From a virus (taxonomy: Duplodnaviria; Caudoviricetes), in IMG/VR virus record IMGVR_UViG_3300042445_001485: a stretch of 64,000 bases of DNA. One strand, given 5' to 3'. How positions within the stretch are numbered: position 1 is the stretch's first letter; each line of letters starts with the position of its first letter. Positions 45,445-54,969 of this stretch are shown here, piece after piece. Under the pieces are notes generated by a model. The model did not search any database. It was not told the origin of the DNA and saw only the letters and a list, made by a program, of their open reading frames with translations. A program made the position numbers and the translations under genes.

Positions 45445-45569
45445 TTAAAATTTAGTAAGGGTTTGCAAGCGTTCTAGGCATTGTATGCTAGTAAAAGGGT
45501 CTCTACCCTAAGCGTTTCGACAGCGTCGTCGTCGTCAACATTGCGTTGGCGTTTGCATAATAATATTTA
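45445..45569 (-). promoter_or_regulatory. structured leader with short uORFs upstream of dctP
   Basis: TAAATA, uORFs MQTPTQC* and MLTTTTLSKRLG*, hairpins agggt/accct and ctagcat/atgcctag. Confidence 0.45.
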
Positions 45570-45588
45570 TCTTTTGTGAATAAAATTG

Positions 45589-45888
45589 TTATATACTGAT
45601 GCCAAAGCGCAACAATGTTGATTGTTCTCCTGTACCAATTATGCAGGCCATGGTATTGGTATATTCAATCAGAGTCCAGGTCTGAGTTTTGGGATTAACA
45701 AGCATGGTAAATTTGGTTTCGGCGCCCGAGCCGTTCCATTGCGGTTCTTCGCCGTAAGTCTTGGTTATTTGTTCTACAATCATACTAAATGTACCACAAA
45801 CAACTGGTTTGTTAAGTTGAACTATAGATTGGGCGTTTGCTACTGAGCCATACAAGCAGAATAGGAACGCCATTGCTAATCTTCGCAT
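45589..45888 (-). CDS. small secreted hypothetical protein
   Basis: Signal peptide, Cys pair, AAGGAG Shine-Dalgarno. Confidence 0.75.
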   Translation of the reverse strand: MRRLAMAFLFCLYGSVANAQSIVQLNKPVVCGTFSMIVEQITKTYGEEPQWNGSGAETKFTMLVNPKTQTWTLIEYTNTMACIIGTGEQSTLLRFGISI

Positions 45889-45910
45889 ACTGGCTCCTTT
45901 ATTATACTTA

Positions 45911-48007
45911 TTAAAAACGCATCATTCCCCGTATAAACCAATTGTTAGTGGCTATATCGTCTTTTTGCTGTCTACTTGCATACACACCAATCGATTGATC
46001 TCGTGCTGGACTAAAAGCAACTCCTACTTCGGTATTTCTATATCCGTTGCTGGTACTAGATACATCACCCGATACGGTAAACTCATCAATTGCTTTTGCT
46101 ACACGCACACCTGCTTCGGCATAACCTGTGGAATTATTAACACCATCTATAGTTCTAGCACTTTGTATATCGCCTGACTCAGTATAACCGTTTCTGCGTG
46201 AAGTACCAAAAGTGTAGCCCACATAAGGGCGTACTTCTGCGGATTCTACGGGCAAGGTTGGTACATATAATCTGTTGCTAATCCAGGTGTCTGTGCCATT
46301 GGTTGTGTATGCATTGTTGAACAATCCACCAACACTACGATTTGTGGCTATATTGTTTCTAGCATGACCCAAATTGGTTGCCAATATATGCCCGTCATCA
46401 AATGTATAGATGCTGTATAAACCTGCCGCAACTTTGCCTTGTGTGGTTGTGCTGTCAGTGCCGGTCATTGTGGTATTGAATTGACTGTATTGAGCACCAA
46501 CACGCCAATTTGGTTCAACTTTAACATCGCCACCAATGTTGTACATGTTGCTGGCAGCACCATAGCCGTCGCCCGCGCCAGTTGTTTGTCTACCACCGCG
46601 AATAAAGAAACTCTTTTGACCATCTTCGCTTTTGTAAACATCCATACGGAACGGATCCATGTTTAAACTGCGATTAATACCTGTGTTAAGGACGGACAAC
46701 TTGGCCTGTTGGTCAATACGACCACTGAAACTGTCATTGACCACTGCGGTATCCACATTGTTTTCTACCGTGACTATACTGGTAGGAGCCGCATCAGTGA
46801 ATGTAGTGGTACCATCACTCCATGTAGATGTGGTACGAACCCGAGTTGTCACTGTACGATCATATGGTGTTGTGGTATTTGTAGTTGTTTCTCTACCAAC
46901 AGTCTGTACTGTGGCAGTTTCACCCGGAGTATGATGCGCCAGGCTGGCAATGATGACCGGAAATGAGGTATTAATAGTTCGTGTGTCGGACACTGCAATG
47001 GTTGATGTTGCTGTGCTTACCACTGTAGGAGAACTACTACCGCCAGTTGCCGCCGCATCAGTTGCTGAACCAACATCAGTTAAAGTGCCGCCACCTGGAA
47101 CAGAGCCTGCCGTGCCGCCACCTGCACCTCCGGTTATGGCATAGTTAGCCGCGCCAAAAGCGTTTGGTCCGAATATGTAAGCATACTGAAAGTTAACTAT
47201 GTCACCAGGTGCTACATTGTTTACTAGAAAGCCAAGCCCGATTGTAACATCACCGCGACCGTAGTCTACGGTAACACCACCTGATGTGTATGGACTGTAC
47301 CCGTTGTAGTATATCACCGGGTTAGTGGTCCAATTGTTGGCGTCACCACCAATACCTGCGCCCACATTTGCGGCCGCACTATACAGGCCCAGGGCATAAC
47401 GACTGGTTGTGGCTTCAGCGAAGGCCACATTTGTGCGTGGGATGGCACCGTAGCCCAACACATTGTCTGTGGCACTGGTATCACCGGTCATGGGCATGGC
47501 GTCTGGATCAATGAAACGACCAAAGTACAATCTGCCTATAGCAACACTAGCGGTAATGCCGGTGTTGATGTTGATGTAGCGTTGACCGCTGGGTAAACTA
47601 TAGTTATTTGTGATGGTGAAGTCGCTAGTAGAGGCACTCCATATGGCACCGGCGGCTGTGGGTGTTCCAACCCAGGCGCCGGTTGTGATACTTCTAGCAC
47701 CATTATTGTTGTTTGTGTATGTACTAACTAGTGTTCCGCTACTGTCTTCTAAACGAACAGTAAAGCCTTCAAAAGGTGAACCGGGTGTTAGGTAGTCACC
47801 TTGACATGTATCGCACGGAAATGTACCGGTACCAGTGTTGTCGTACTGTAGACCGGGACGAGTACTACCACCTGAGCCCAAGGTACCAGTAGATAGGTTT
47901 ACACCTGCACGAACATATTCGTTTTCAATTATGACATTTTGTGATATGGCTGTGGTGGCCACGAAGACAGAGAAGGCCGCGAGGGCCTTCGAAAAATAAT
48001 AGCGCAT
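45911..48007 (-). CDS. autotransporter-like outer-membrane protein
   Basis: Signal peptide, Thr/Gly/Ser-rich passenger, about 270-aa C-terminal amphipathic beta-barrel ending in Phe. Confidence 0.8.
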   Translation of the reverse strand: MRYYFSKALAAFSVFVATTAISQNVIIENEYVRAGVNLSTGTLGSGGSTRPGLQYDNTGTGTFPCDTCQGDYLTPGSPFEGFTVRLEDSSGTLVSTYTNNNNGARSITTGAWVGTPTAAGAIWSASTSDFTITNNYSLPSGQRYININTGITASVAIGRLYFGRFIDPDAMPMTGDTSATDNVLGYGAIPRTNVAFAEATTSRYALGLYSAAANVGAGIGGDANNWTTNPVIYYNGYSPYTSGGVTVDYGRGDVTIGLGFLVNNVAPGDIVNFQYAYIFGPNAFGAANYAITGGAGGGTAGSVPGGGTLTDVGSATDAAATGGSSSPTVVSTATSTIAVSDTRTINTSFPVIIASLAHHTPGETATVQTVGRETTTNTTTPYDRTVTTRVRTTSTWSDGTTTFTDAAPTSIVTVENNVDTAVVNDSFSGRIDQQAKLSVLNTGINRSLNMDPFRMDVYKSEDGQKSFFIRGGRQTTGAGDGYGAASNMYNIGGDVKVEPNWRVGAQYSQFNTTMTGTDSTTTQGKVAAGLYSIYTFDDGHILATNLGHARNNIATNRSVGGLFNNAYTTNGTDTWISNRLYVPTLPVESAEVRPYVGYTFGTSRRNGYTESGDIQSARTIDGVNNSTGYAEAGVRVAKAIDEFTVSGDVSSTSNGYRNTEVGVAFSPARDQSIGVYASRQQKDDIATNNWFIRGMMRF

Positions 48008-48437
48008 TTTTAGTTCCTTGTTATTTTTATTATTGCTAATAAATGCGTAAGTATTTACGCTAACAAAGTCTAGAGATTTATTATGCTATTTGGATTTTTT
48101 TGATTTAGTAGTTTTGCCACGCACCTGTTTTTTTATTTCCTCTAAGATCTTTTCGCTGACTGGACTTGATCGGTGCGGATGGGACACCGACCCTGTTGAT
48201 GTGTGGGGCGGGTATTTTGGGGGCTTGTGTTTAAACCAACTCATATTGTATATATATGTAGTTTAGTTTTCGAGAGAATAATCTAAATATATTATATGAG
48301 TAGCTTTTTTGAAGACCTAAACGACATAGTTGCAGAAACACCAGTGGGTAAAGTATTGGGTGTTACTCTGTTGATTCTTGTTTTTGCCGGAGTCGTTGCA
48401 CTTGGATTTGCCTACTGGTTTACCCACAGCCATTGAG

Positions 48438-49217
48438 TTATCTTCCTGAATATCGCTTGGGTTCAGCTTCTAGTTGTCGTTGACGATCTGTCTTGGGTAT
48501 GATGCCGGTACCCAATTGTGGATATTTTTCGATCCTATCTTGTATAACTATGGCAAAGATCAAGCCAACAGCAGCCGCAACAACTATACAGGCTATGCCC
48601 CAGGCAGCATTGGCCCACACAGCATCCATACGTTGTCGTTTACGAACTGCTCTAACATGATCATCTTGCATTTGCTTGGCCACAAGTAGTTTTTGTTGCT
48701 TGCCCATGACCTTCATCATCTGTTCCACTTCGGTGTGTAGGGCACCCAGTTCTTTTGGACTTTGATAAACCATTACTTCACGCAATTCCACACCCATTTG
48801 TTCCAGTTGCTTACGCATAAGCACACGTTGTAAAGCACGTTTGCCCAGGCTAGCGTCACCTTGGTATATTTCATGTTGGTGGTGTTTTTCTTCTTCTTCA
48901 AAGACAGCCATGCACTTGTAATAGTTGTCATAGTAGGTGCCCAGGTGCTCACCAAGTTCTTGATAGATGCTTACAGTCTCACCATCACGTTTGTTCAGTT
49001 CAATTACACGATTCTTTTCTTTTACAAACTGGTTGCGTTGTTCAACTGTGGCAGTTTTACCCTTGGCCTCAAATGCGCCATGGAACTGTGCATCGAGATC
49101 CTTGAGCACATCCTTGACATCTCCCGCGGCACCTTTGATGTCTTTGTAAAGTTTGCAGCCGGCTTTGACTGCAGAAACTGCACCATTGGCCAGTGCAAAC
49201 AGGGTTAAGGGATCCAT
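48438..49217 (-). CDS. coiled-coil membrane protein
   Basis: MDPLTLFALANGAV start; one C-terminal TM. Confidence 0.8.
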   Translation of the reverse strand: MDPLTLFALANGAVSAVKAGCKLYKDIKGAAGDVKDVLKDLDAQFHGAFEAKGKTATVEQRNQFVKEKNRVIELNKRDGETVSIYQELGEHLGTYYDNYYKCMAVFEEEEKHHQHEIYQGDASLGKRALQRVLMRKQLEQMGVELREVMVYQSPKELGALHTEVEQMMKVMGKQQKLLVAKQMQDDHVRAVRKRQRMDAVWANAAWGIACIVVAAAVGLIFAIVIQDRIEKYPQLGTGIIPKTDRQRQLEAEPKRYSGR

Positions 49218-49492
49218 TACTTAACCTCCTTCTTCAAGCGATACTCAACACAGATCAAGGTTCTGTTGTTGACATCTCCTATCCAGGCTGTTCTAACACA
49301 TTCAGCTGTGCCAGAATTAAGCCGGACTTCTCGTTCTCGAGGGGGTAGCTCTCGTGCTACAGCAGATTTATCGTAGTGATGTCGATCTCCGCCGTACAGG
49401 GGAGATGATACAGTGTGTTGAGATCGTGACAATCCCAGCAACAACAAAGTCGCCAGGACAAATACCTTGAAGTACTGTAGTATTATTGACAT
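49217..49492 (-). CDS. small secreted hypothetical protein
   Basis: Coupled to the downstream gene. Confidence 0.55.
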   Translation of the reverse strand: MSIILQYFKVFVLATLLLLGLSRSQHTVSSPLYGGDRHHYDKSAVARELPPREREVRLNSGTAECVRTAWIGDVNNRTLICVEYRLKKEVK

Positions 49493-49547
49493 GATCCGAT
49501 CCCACTTATCTCTATTTAAGTGGAAAACGGATAAAAATTATCTAGTG

Positions 49548-49853
49548 TTAGATACTTATTCTTTGTATAATTTCTTGGTAAAAAGTGTCTACTTCTCCGC
49601 CAAACTTACCAATTATGTGCGGAAAAAGATCGTTACAGATCTTGTAGTCTTTGATGTTATAAGCATCAACAAATGCTTGATGTAACTTGCAGTTGTGATC
49701 AAGTTGTGGTAATTCTGACAAGTTAATTCGATCCGCGGGAATAACACAATATGCATCTAAAGTTATGCCATCTTTCACAATGGTTTCTAACTCCAACACA
49801 GTATGTTGTTTTCGTAATTCTTCTGCTACCACACGACTAAAAATTATTTGCAT
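49548..49853 (-). CDS. hypothetical phage protein
   Basis: Coupled to the exonuclease. Confidence 0.75.
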   Translation of the reverse strand: MQIIFSRVVAEELRKQHTVLELETIVKDGITLDAYCVIPADRINLSELPQLDHNCKLHQAFVDAYNIKDYKICNDLFPHIIGKFGGEVDTFYQEIIQRISI

Positions 49854-50383
49854 TATTGTTTTTGTATCCCTAGTTTATTATATACCTGTTGTACCGCAGT
49901 GGCTTGGCTAACACAGTCTTCCAAGGCATTGTGTAGTCCTGCTTTGCCTTTGACTCTTGGATCTCCGTGTACTCCAAATAGTGTACGACTGTCACGGATT
50001 TGCCAGTATTGCCAAGGAGTAGGCCACCCCATCTGTCTATACAAGTTTTCCAATATAGCAAAATCGAACAAAGGACCTTGAGCCCAAATATTGTTGGCGC
50101 CTACTAGAAATCTATTTAAGTCTCGATACAGGGTATCTAAACTAACACGCTCGTTTTCGCCCAGGGCTTCTTCACGGATGTCATCGGCCTGGCTAATCCA
50201 CCAAGCAAGAGTGTCTTCTTGCACTTCGCGACCCAGTGCTGTTTGTTCATCTACATCCACACGAAAGTAAATACCTGGTCCCGGGTCACTTAATGTATAA
50301 GGGTCAAACTTAATTGCACCCAGAGTAAGTATGACGCAATCTGGGCGAGTTCCTAGTGTTTCTAAATCAAGCATGATGTCCAT
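49853..50383 (-). CDS. DEDDh 3'-5' exonuclease/exoribonuclease (RNase T / DnaQ-like)
   Basis: DLETLG, FD, RDSRT, HNALED. Confidence 0.9.
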   Translation of the reverse strand: MDIMLDLETLGTRPDCVILTLGAIKFDPYTLSDPGPGIYFRVDVDEQTALGREVQEDTLAWWISQADDIREEALGENERVSLDTLYRDLNRFLVGANNIWAQGPLFDFAILENLYRQMGWPTPWQYWQIRDSRTLFGVHGDPRVKGKAGLHNALEDCVSQATAVQQVYNKLGIQKQ

Positions 50384-50400
50384 ACTTGTATTATATGCTA

Positions 50401-50880
50401 TTATTTACTTTGTGTCAAGAGTTTTTGGCTTTCTGCGGCAACCACACGGCTACGCAGACCCGAACTGGAGAACGAATGATCTCTGCCGTTGAACACTAGT
50501 TCAATCCCGCGCATTCCACATTCCTCCATGCCAGAGAAATTTATATGTTGATATTCCACACCCAAGATGCGTACATCCACAGGCAAGATCAACAACAGGT
50601 CCCTAAGGTCCTGTTCAGTTTGATACACAACAACTTCGTCCACATAACGGCATGCGGCCAATTGTATTTGTCGTTCCACAATACTTTGTACAGGTTTGTT
50701 TTTGGTATCCGGGCGATCGATTGTGGGATCTGTTTGCAAGCCACAAATTAGATAATCGCAATGATTCTTGGCTTCACTCAACATGGCAATATGTCCGGCA
50801 TGGAGCATGTCGAATGTGCTGAATGTTATACCAATTTTTTTACCTGCGTCTTTGAGTTCTCTAATGTGATTGAATATCAT
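50401..50880 (-). CDS. cytidylyltransferase (TagD/RfaE-like)
   Basis: TFDMLHAGH (HxGH), ICGLQTD, SSSGLR. Confidence 0.92.
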   Translation of the reverse strand: MIFNHIRELKDAGKKIGITFSTFDMLHAGHIAMLSEAKNHCDYLICGLQTDPTIDRPDTKNKPVQSIVERQIQLAACRYVDEVVVYQTEQDLRDLLLILPVDVRILGVEYQHINFSGMEECGMRGIELVFNGRDHSFSSSGLRSRVVAAESQKLLTQSK

Positions 50881-51188
50881 GTTTCTATTTCAAGTTTGAC
50901 ACTCAGCGGGAATCCGTGACTGCGAGCCAGCAAGGTGACTTCGACACCTTTTTGTTCTGCAATCTCATAGGGTAGTACTGCTACCACCGCCGATCCTGCT
51001 TCGTGAATCTTTTCTGTGATTGCCACAGCGGCCGATTCATCATAGTAAAACATTATCTTTAATGTTTCCACAACAAATTCCATGGTGGTTACTTCATCAT
51101 TGATGTAGATCACTCTATATTGACTAGGTTCTTTGAGTTTAACCTTAGGAGCAATCTTTGGTTTATTTTTAGTTTCAGGTTCTGCCAT
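50877..51188 (-). CDS. clpS: ClpS adaptor protein
   Basis: VIYINDEVTTMEFVV, IHEAGSAVV, FPL. Confidence 0.93.
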   Translation of the reverse strand: MAEPETKNKPKIAPKVKLKEPSQYRVIYINDEVTTMEFVVETLKIMFYYDESAAVAITEKIHEAGSAVVAVLPYEIAEQKGVEVTLLARSHGFPLSVKLEIET

Positions 51189-51204
51189 AGTATAGTATTT
51201 AACA

Positions 51205-51228
51205 CAAGGGTGGATGAGTCCACCCTTG
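51205..51228. terminator. hairpin after hsp20
   Basis: caagggtgga-tgag-tccacccttg perfect 10-bp stem. Confidence 0.7.
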
Positions 51229-51239
51229 CTTAGATTATA

Positions 51240-51683
51240 TTACTTTGTGAAAGTAATTGCAATCTTTTTGGGCTTGTCTTCTTCAGGCACTAGTTGTTCT
51301 AGTGCAATAGAAAGAATACCGTTTTTAACAGTGGCCCCACAAACTTCAATATGTTCTGCCAATGGAAATGTGCGAGCAAAATTGCGGGCACTAATACCTT
51401 TGTGTAGGTATTCAACTTCTGTTTCGTCTTTGGCTTTGTCGCCACGGACTGTCAAGATGTTGTCCTTTAGTTCTACATCAATTTCGCTGTCAGCAAAGCC
51501 AGCAACTGCCAACTCAATCACATAGTGTGTGTCGTCAATTTTGATTACATTATGTGGGGGATAGTTGCCATCGCTTTTGCTGTTGGCAAAAGTGCGATTT
51601 AACTGTGCAAACAATTGGTCAAAGCCAATGGCATGACGGTGTAGGCTAGGTAAATCGAGGGTGTGAAGTGTGAATTGTGTCAT
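51240..51683 (-). CDS. small heat-shock protein Hsp20 (IbpA-like)
   Basis: YPPHN, ELAVAGF, YLHKGISARNF, NGILSI. Confidence 0.95.
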   Translation of the reverse strand: MTQFTLHTLDLPSLHRHAIGFDQLFAQLNRTFANSKSDGNYPPHNVIKIDDTHYVIELAVAGFADSEIDVELKDNILTVRGDKAKDETEVEYLHKGISARNFARTFPLAEHIEVCGATVKNGILSIALEQLVPEEDKPKKIAITFTK

Positions 51684-51721
51684 GTTGTTTCTCCTTTAAT
51701 AAGCAAGTTATGACTTTTGTA

Positions 51722-51747
51722 ATGTAGCCCCATAATGGGCGCTACAT
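51722..51747. terminator. hairpin after the bS21 gene
   Basis: atgtagc...gctacat stem. Confidence 0.55.
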
Positions 51748-51774
51748 GTTTATTTATTATACAGAAAAAATTAT

Positions 51775-52014
51775 TTAATACAACTTTTTTGGTAATTCTT
51801 GGTCACGCAACTTTTTACGCCAACGGGCCTGTGCCGCACCTCGTTTGCGTTTGCGTTCGGTTGTGGGTTTTTCAAAATGTTGGCGTTCTTTTATTTCTTC
51901 AAGTAGTCCCGACTCTTGGATTTTTTTCTTGAATTTGCGTAGAGCTTTATCCACTTGATCATTTTGAACAATTACGCTACATCCGCGAATTGGTTTTGGT
52001 TTGTAATATGACAT
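51775..52014 (-). CDS. rpsU: ribosomal protein bS21
   Basis: VDKALRKFKKK...GLLEEIKERQHFEKPTTERKRKR.AA..R. Confidence 0.93.
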   Translation of the reverse strand: MSYYKPKPIRGCSVIVQNDQVDKALRKFKKKIQESGLLEEIKERQHFEKPTTERKRKRGAAQARWRKKLRDQELPKKLY

Positions 52015-52025
52015 GTACTATTTAC

Positions 52026-53516
52026 TTAAATTTTACCTTGTTGTTGATTTTTTAAATATTCAGCTATTTGGGTTTGTTCTGTTTCACTGAGCTCGTCCGG
52101 ATCGTACTCGCCCGAAGCAATTTTATCTACCAGATGTTTGATATATGCTTCATTAAATACGTAGTTATCTGTTAGTGATTTATCACTTTCAACCCACTTG
52201 GACCCATTCCATTTGAACAATTTACTGGGTAGATAATCTGTACGCAAAAACATGTCACCCTTGTTTGGCTTCAACGGAAACGATGTTCCGAAGTCAGCAT
52301 TTGATGCGTTGCCTAAACTGGGATGATTATCTGCTAGGGCACTTAATTCTGGAAACTGTTGTTTAAACGAGTCAATGCTATAACTACGGCCGTTATGCAT
52401 TAAATGATCGCTGTTTGTTAAAAATACCAAGTTATCGTCGGGTGGTAGCGGTTCATCTAATGCCGCAACTTCCGCTTCAGTAAAAGGTCTAGTTTCAACA
52501 GCGGAAATCTCCCCAGGGGCGAGTATAGCCATTGCGGCCGCATCTTCGTGTATGGCATGTGTGCTGGGTGGGGGTGGCGCCACCATGGGCATAAGATTCT
52601 TAAAATGTTCAAATGGCCGTTTTAAATATGCCAAAGGGTCAAACTTAGTTTGAGGTTCATCGGGCTCGTTCTGAGCTATGGGCTCAGCGACTTCCGGCGC
52701 TGTTGGTGCCTCTACCGTTGGTTCATCTAAAATTGATCCCGATTCTTTCTTGTCTCGTTCTTCTTGGGCCCACTTGATGCTTTGTTGTGCGGCTAGTATT
52801 AATACCAGTGCCAAGGGATCAAACACCAGCACAATAATAATGATCACCAGCCTGACAGCTCGTTCTAATACATTCTGATCAGGATTGTCGCCATACACCA
52901 GGGCCGCTATGTATTTTATAGGACCGACTTCTGATTCGATCTTCCTGTTCTCTGCGGCGAGAGGTGCCCGGTCTTCATTAAGTTGACTAATTTTTTTCTG
53001 TTCGGCCTCGATCTCGGCTTGTAAACGGGTTCGCTCTTTTTGCTGAGATCTGCGTATAGAGACTGCTTTATCGGCACCCTTTTCATCTGAGCTTCGGCCC
53101 ATGACTTGATCCACTGCCTCATCATACTGTTTAAGAACTTTGCGGTTAGCATCGATATTGTCCCTTGCTATTTTGATTTTTTCATCGTATATGGCTACCC
53201 GGGCCATTGAATCACCTGATACTAAACTTTGATCACTGTGTGCTTTACTCAGGAATCCAAAGATGCCCATGCTTGTTAACAGCATTAAGAATGCCACAGC
53301 CGGAACAAGATAAAACTTGTACAACAGGCTGGCTCGTTCCCAATACATCTTTAGCCAAATAGCCGCAGTGACTTTGCCAACTTCTAGGCTGGCACCCATG
53401 ATCATGATGGGGATCACAGCGGCTGAGAAAATGGCAGTTAGGCCTATAATACTGTAGTAGGCCGCAATGGCACTGATGATCAGTGCAACGATTAGAGTGA
53501 AGTATCCAAATATCAT
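52026..53516 (-). CDS. membrane-anchored coiled-coil phage protein
   Basis: Several N-terminal TMs, coiled coil, further TM, C-terminal KGDMFLRTDYLP. Confidence 0.85.
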   Translation of the reverse strand: MIFGYFTLIVALIISAIAAYYSIIGLTAIFSAAVIPIMIMGASLEVGKVTAAIWLKMYWERASLLYKFYLVPAVAFLMLLTSMGIFGFLSKAHSDQSLVSGDSMARVAIYDEKIKIARDNIDANRKVLKQYDEAVDQVMGRSSDEKGADKAVSIRRSQQKERTRLQAEIEAEQKKISQLNEDRAPLAAENRKIESEVGPIKYIAALVYGDNPDQNVLERAVRLVIIIIVLVFDPLALVLILAAQQSIKWAQEERDKKESGSILDEPTVEAPTAPEVAEPIAQNEPDEPQTKFDPLAYLKRPFEHFKNLMPMVAPPPPSTHAIHEDAAAMAILAPGEISAVETRPFTEAEVAALDEPLPPDDNLVFLTNSDHLMHNGRSYSIDSFKQQFPELSALADNHPSLGNASNADFGTSFPLKPNKGDMFLRTDYLPSKLFKWNGSKWVESDKSLTDNYVFNEAYIKHLVDKIASGEYDPDELSETEQTQIAEYLKNQQQGKI

Positions 53517-53583
53517 AGTCGTATATTTATAGGTTTTAGTCCTATAGTATACGCAGATAAATGGGAGTTGTCAATGATTATGG

Positions 53584-53735
53584 TTAATCTACTAACCAGG
53601 TTAAACCAATAGCAGACCTTGTTAAGGAGCCACCACTGCTGACAAACACACTGATTGTTTCGCCAGGTGCTAGTGTTAGATTATAATCCAACAGGTCAAA
53701 TGTAGGTTGGTCGAGTTAGGATTTTGTACACCCAT
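53584..53735 (-). pseudogene. internally deleted gene remnant
   Basis: Coupled ATG giving MGVQNPNST, joined out of frame to a C-terminus LDYNLTLAPGETISVFVSS...LTWLVD*. Confidence 0.5.
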
Positions 53736-54595
53736 TATGCTTTAATACCAATAAAGAGTTGACTAGTACGATCAGCAGTCCATGTGTTGCTGTTAGTAGA
53801 ACCATACCCATTATTGATTGCTGTTCTTACGGTGGCATTTAATGCAGAGGCATCCCAAACAGTAAGTACCACAATGTTACCACTGGCAACTCCGTTTAAT
53901 GCGTTTGCCAACAAAGTTAAATCACCAGCAACTCCATATGTGTCATAATTTGCTGTACTAACTAAATCACCATAAGAATCCAACACCACCATATTATGGC
54001 CTCTATCGCCAATATTCAATAGTTCAATGTCGTTTACAACTACTCTGCTATTCTGATATTCAGGTACATCCCATGTTGATGCATACACATAAATCTTATT
54101 ACCACTCACATACTGTGTGGTTGTTAATGCCGCGGTTGTTCCAAATGCTTCGTAGAATGTAAATGCGGATACTGTTTCAATCCAAGGACGACCAGTAACA
54201 AGCCCGCCAACATTGGGATTGTCCACGATAGAGTTGCCCGCAAATTGTGTGGGCAATGATGTAAGGTCATAAGTGGCTCTTGGTTTGCTTGATGCCGCCC
54301 GGTCTAGTGCGGCCAAATCTAATTTGGCTTTTTGTCTAATTTCTCTAGAAGCCAATCTGCCAATCTTGTTGTGTGTTCTTAGTGCTGTGCCAGTGATGAT
54401 GCTCAAACTAGCAAGTGTGGCAGATTCCGTCAAAATGGTTTCTGCCTTAGATATGTCGTACCAAGTAGAATTAAACCCACGGGCTGTGTTGATGGCTGTT
54501 TTTAACTGTGCCACGGTCTGACCATTGTCGATGGTGTAGCTGTCATAAACGGCTGTGTTTAACAAGCTCTGTACTGTAATGGTGATATTGGCCAT
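53735..54595 (-). CDS. ubiquitin-like domain plus ILEI/PANDER (GG-lectin)-like domain protein
   Basis: N-terminus TVAQLKTAI...ILTESATLASLSI; C-terminus GHNMVVLD...YDT...IVVLTVWD...LFIGIK. Confidence 0.65.
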   Translation of the reverse strand: MANITITVQSLLNTAVYDSYTIDNGQTVAQLKTAINTARGFNSTWYDISKAETILTESATLASLSIITGTALRTHNKIGRLASREIRQKAKLDLAALDRAASSKPRATYDLTSLPTQFAGNSIVDNPNVGGLVTGRPWIETVSAFTFYEAFGTTAALTTTQYVSGNKIYVYASTWDVPEYQNSRVVVNDIELLNIGDRGHNMVVLDSYGDLVSTANYDTYGVAGDLTLLANALNGVASGNIVVLTVWDASALNATVRTAINNGYGSTNSNTWTADRTSQLFIGIKA

Positions 54596-54647
54596 ATTTG
54601 TCCCTGTATAGGATATTTAGCCAAAAGACCACCCGCCGGGGCGGTGT

Positions 54648-54830
54648 TTACTGCACTACTGCTTGTAAGTATTCTTCACCAGCAACCTTAAGCATGGCAG
54701 TATGAGTTACCAATCTAGCAAATTCATCAATTTCTTCAGCAGATGCATATATTTCTGGAAGTGTGCTGTGACATACTGCCCACAGGCGTTCAATGTCGGC
54801 TTCTGTTAACCAAGTATCAAATTCCATCAT
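54648..54830 (-). CDS. small hypothetical protein
   Basis: GGAG Shine-Dalgarno; terminator-like hairpin follows. Confidence 0.6.
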   Translation of the reverse strand: MMEFDTWLTEADIERLWAVCHSTLPEIYASAEEIDEFARLVTHTAMLKVAGEEYLQAVVQ

Positions 54831-54969
54831 TCTTCCACTCCGATCCTAATTAGAAAACCACGAGAGTTTCTTAACTTATCTAATTCAGAGAGTTCGTTGT
54901 CTGAACCCACTGTGGTCCAATTGGCGTATAATGCAACGATTGCAATAACTATGAAACCAATTGTTTCTT

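Noticed and set aside
45522-45535. (ACG)4 / (GAC)n run as a simple microsatellite or contingency locus
   Set aside because: It is too short to be a slippage locus and lies outside a main CDS. It is kept only as part of the uORF/attenuator hypothesis.
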